From Octopus sinensis (Eukaryota): a DNA stretch of 64,000 bases. A program made the position numbers and the translations under genes. Every line of letters starts with the position of its first letter. The stretch's first letter is position 1. Location of the stretch: contig NC_043016.1 in the NCBI RefSeq assembly GCF_006345805.1, positions 7,378,001 through 7,442,000 of the forward strand. The letters are read 5' to 3'. The notes beneath the pieces were generated by a model. It was not told the DNA's origin. It searched no databases and saw only the letters and a list, made by a program, of their open reading frames with translations. Positions 63,884-64,000 of the stretch are shown piece after piece.

Positions 63884-63960
63884 TTTTTTCTAGCCGATGA
63901 ACGGCAACAGGAAACTCAGAGTAACAGGTTTTGTTGAATTTTCTGCTGCTTTAAATAAAG

Positions 63961-63993
<33 letters not shown>

Positions 63994-64000
63994 TATATAT

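Overview
AT-rich, repeat-saturated animal genomic DNA, intergenic or intronic. The SINE/LINE repertoire and (TA)n/(TATG)n/(CAT)n density suggest a coleoid cephalopod, probably Octopus (inference). No intact host protein-coding gene can be supported: the long ORFs in the track are microsatellite artefacts or decayed transposons. The window contains four tRNA-headed SINE families, RTE LINE remnants with many solo 3' ends ending in (GAT)n, a CR1/L2-like LINE, Penelope-like (PLE) remnants, a ZMYM1-type hAT transposase relic, hAT MITEs with 8-bp TSDs, mariner relics and non-autonomous Helitrons. The most interesting signal, invisible in the ORF track, is a dispersed set of about six well-formed and several degenerate type I hammerhead-ribozyme folds (stem I-CUGANGA-stem II-GAAA-palindromic stem III-UH-stem I). 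They sit in PLE-type 3' ends and in short fold-back elements. Two diverged copies of one family show compensatory stem II changes. All structures were read by eye and need folding, covariance-model and cleavage tests.
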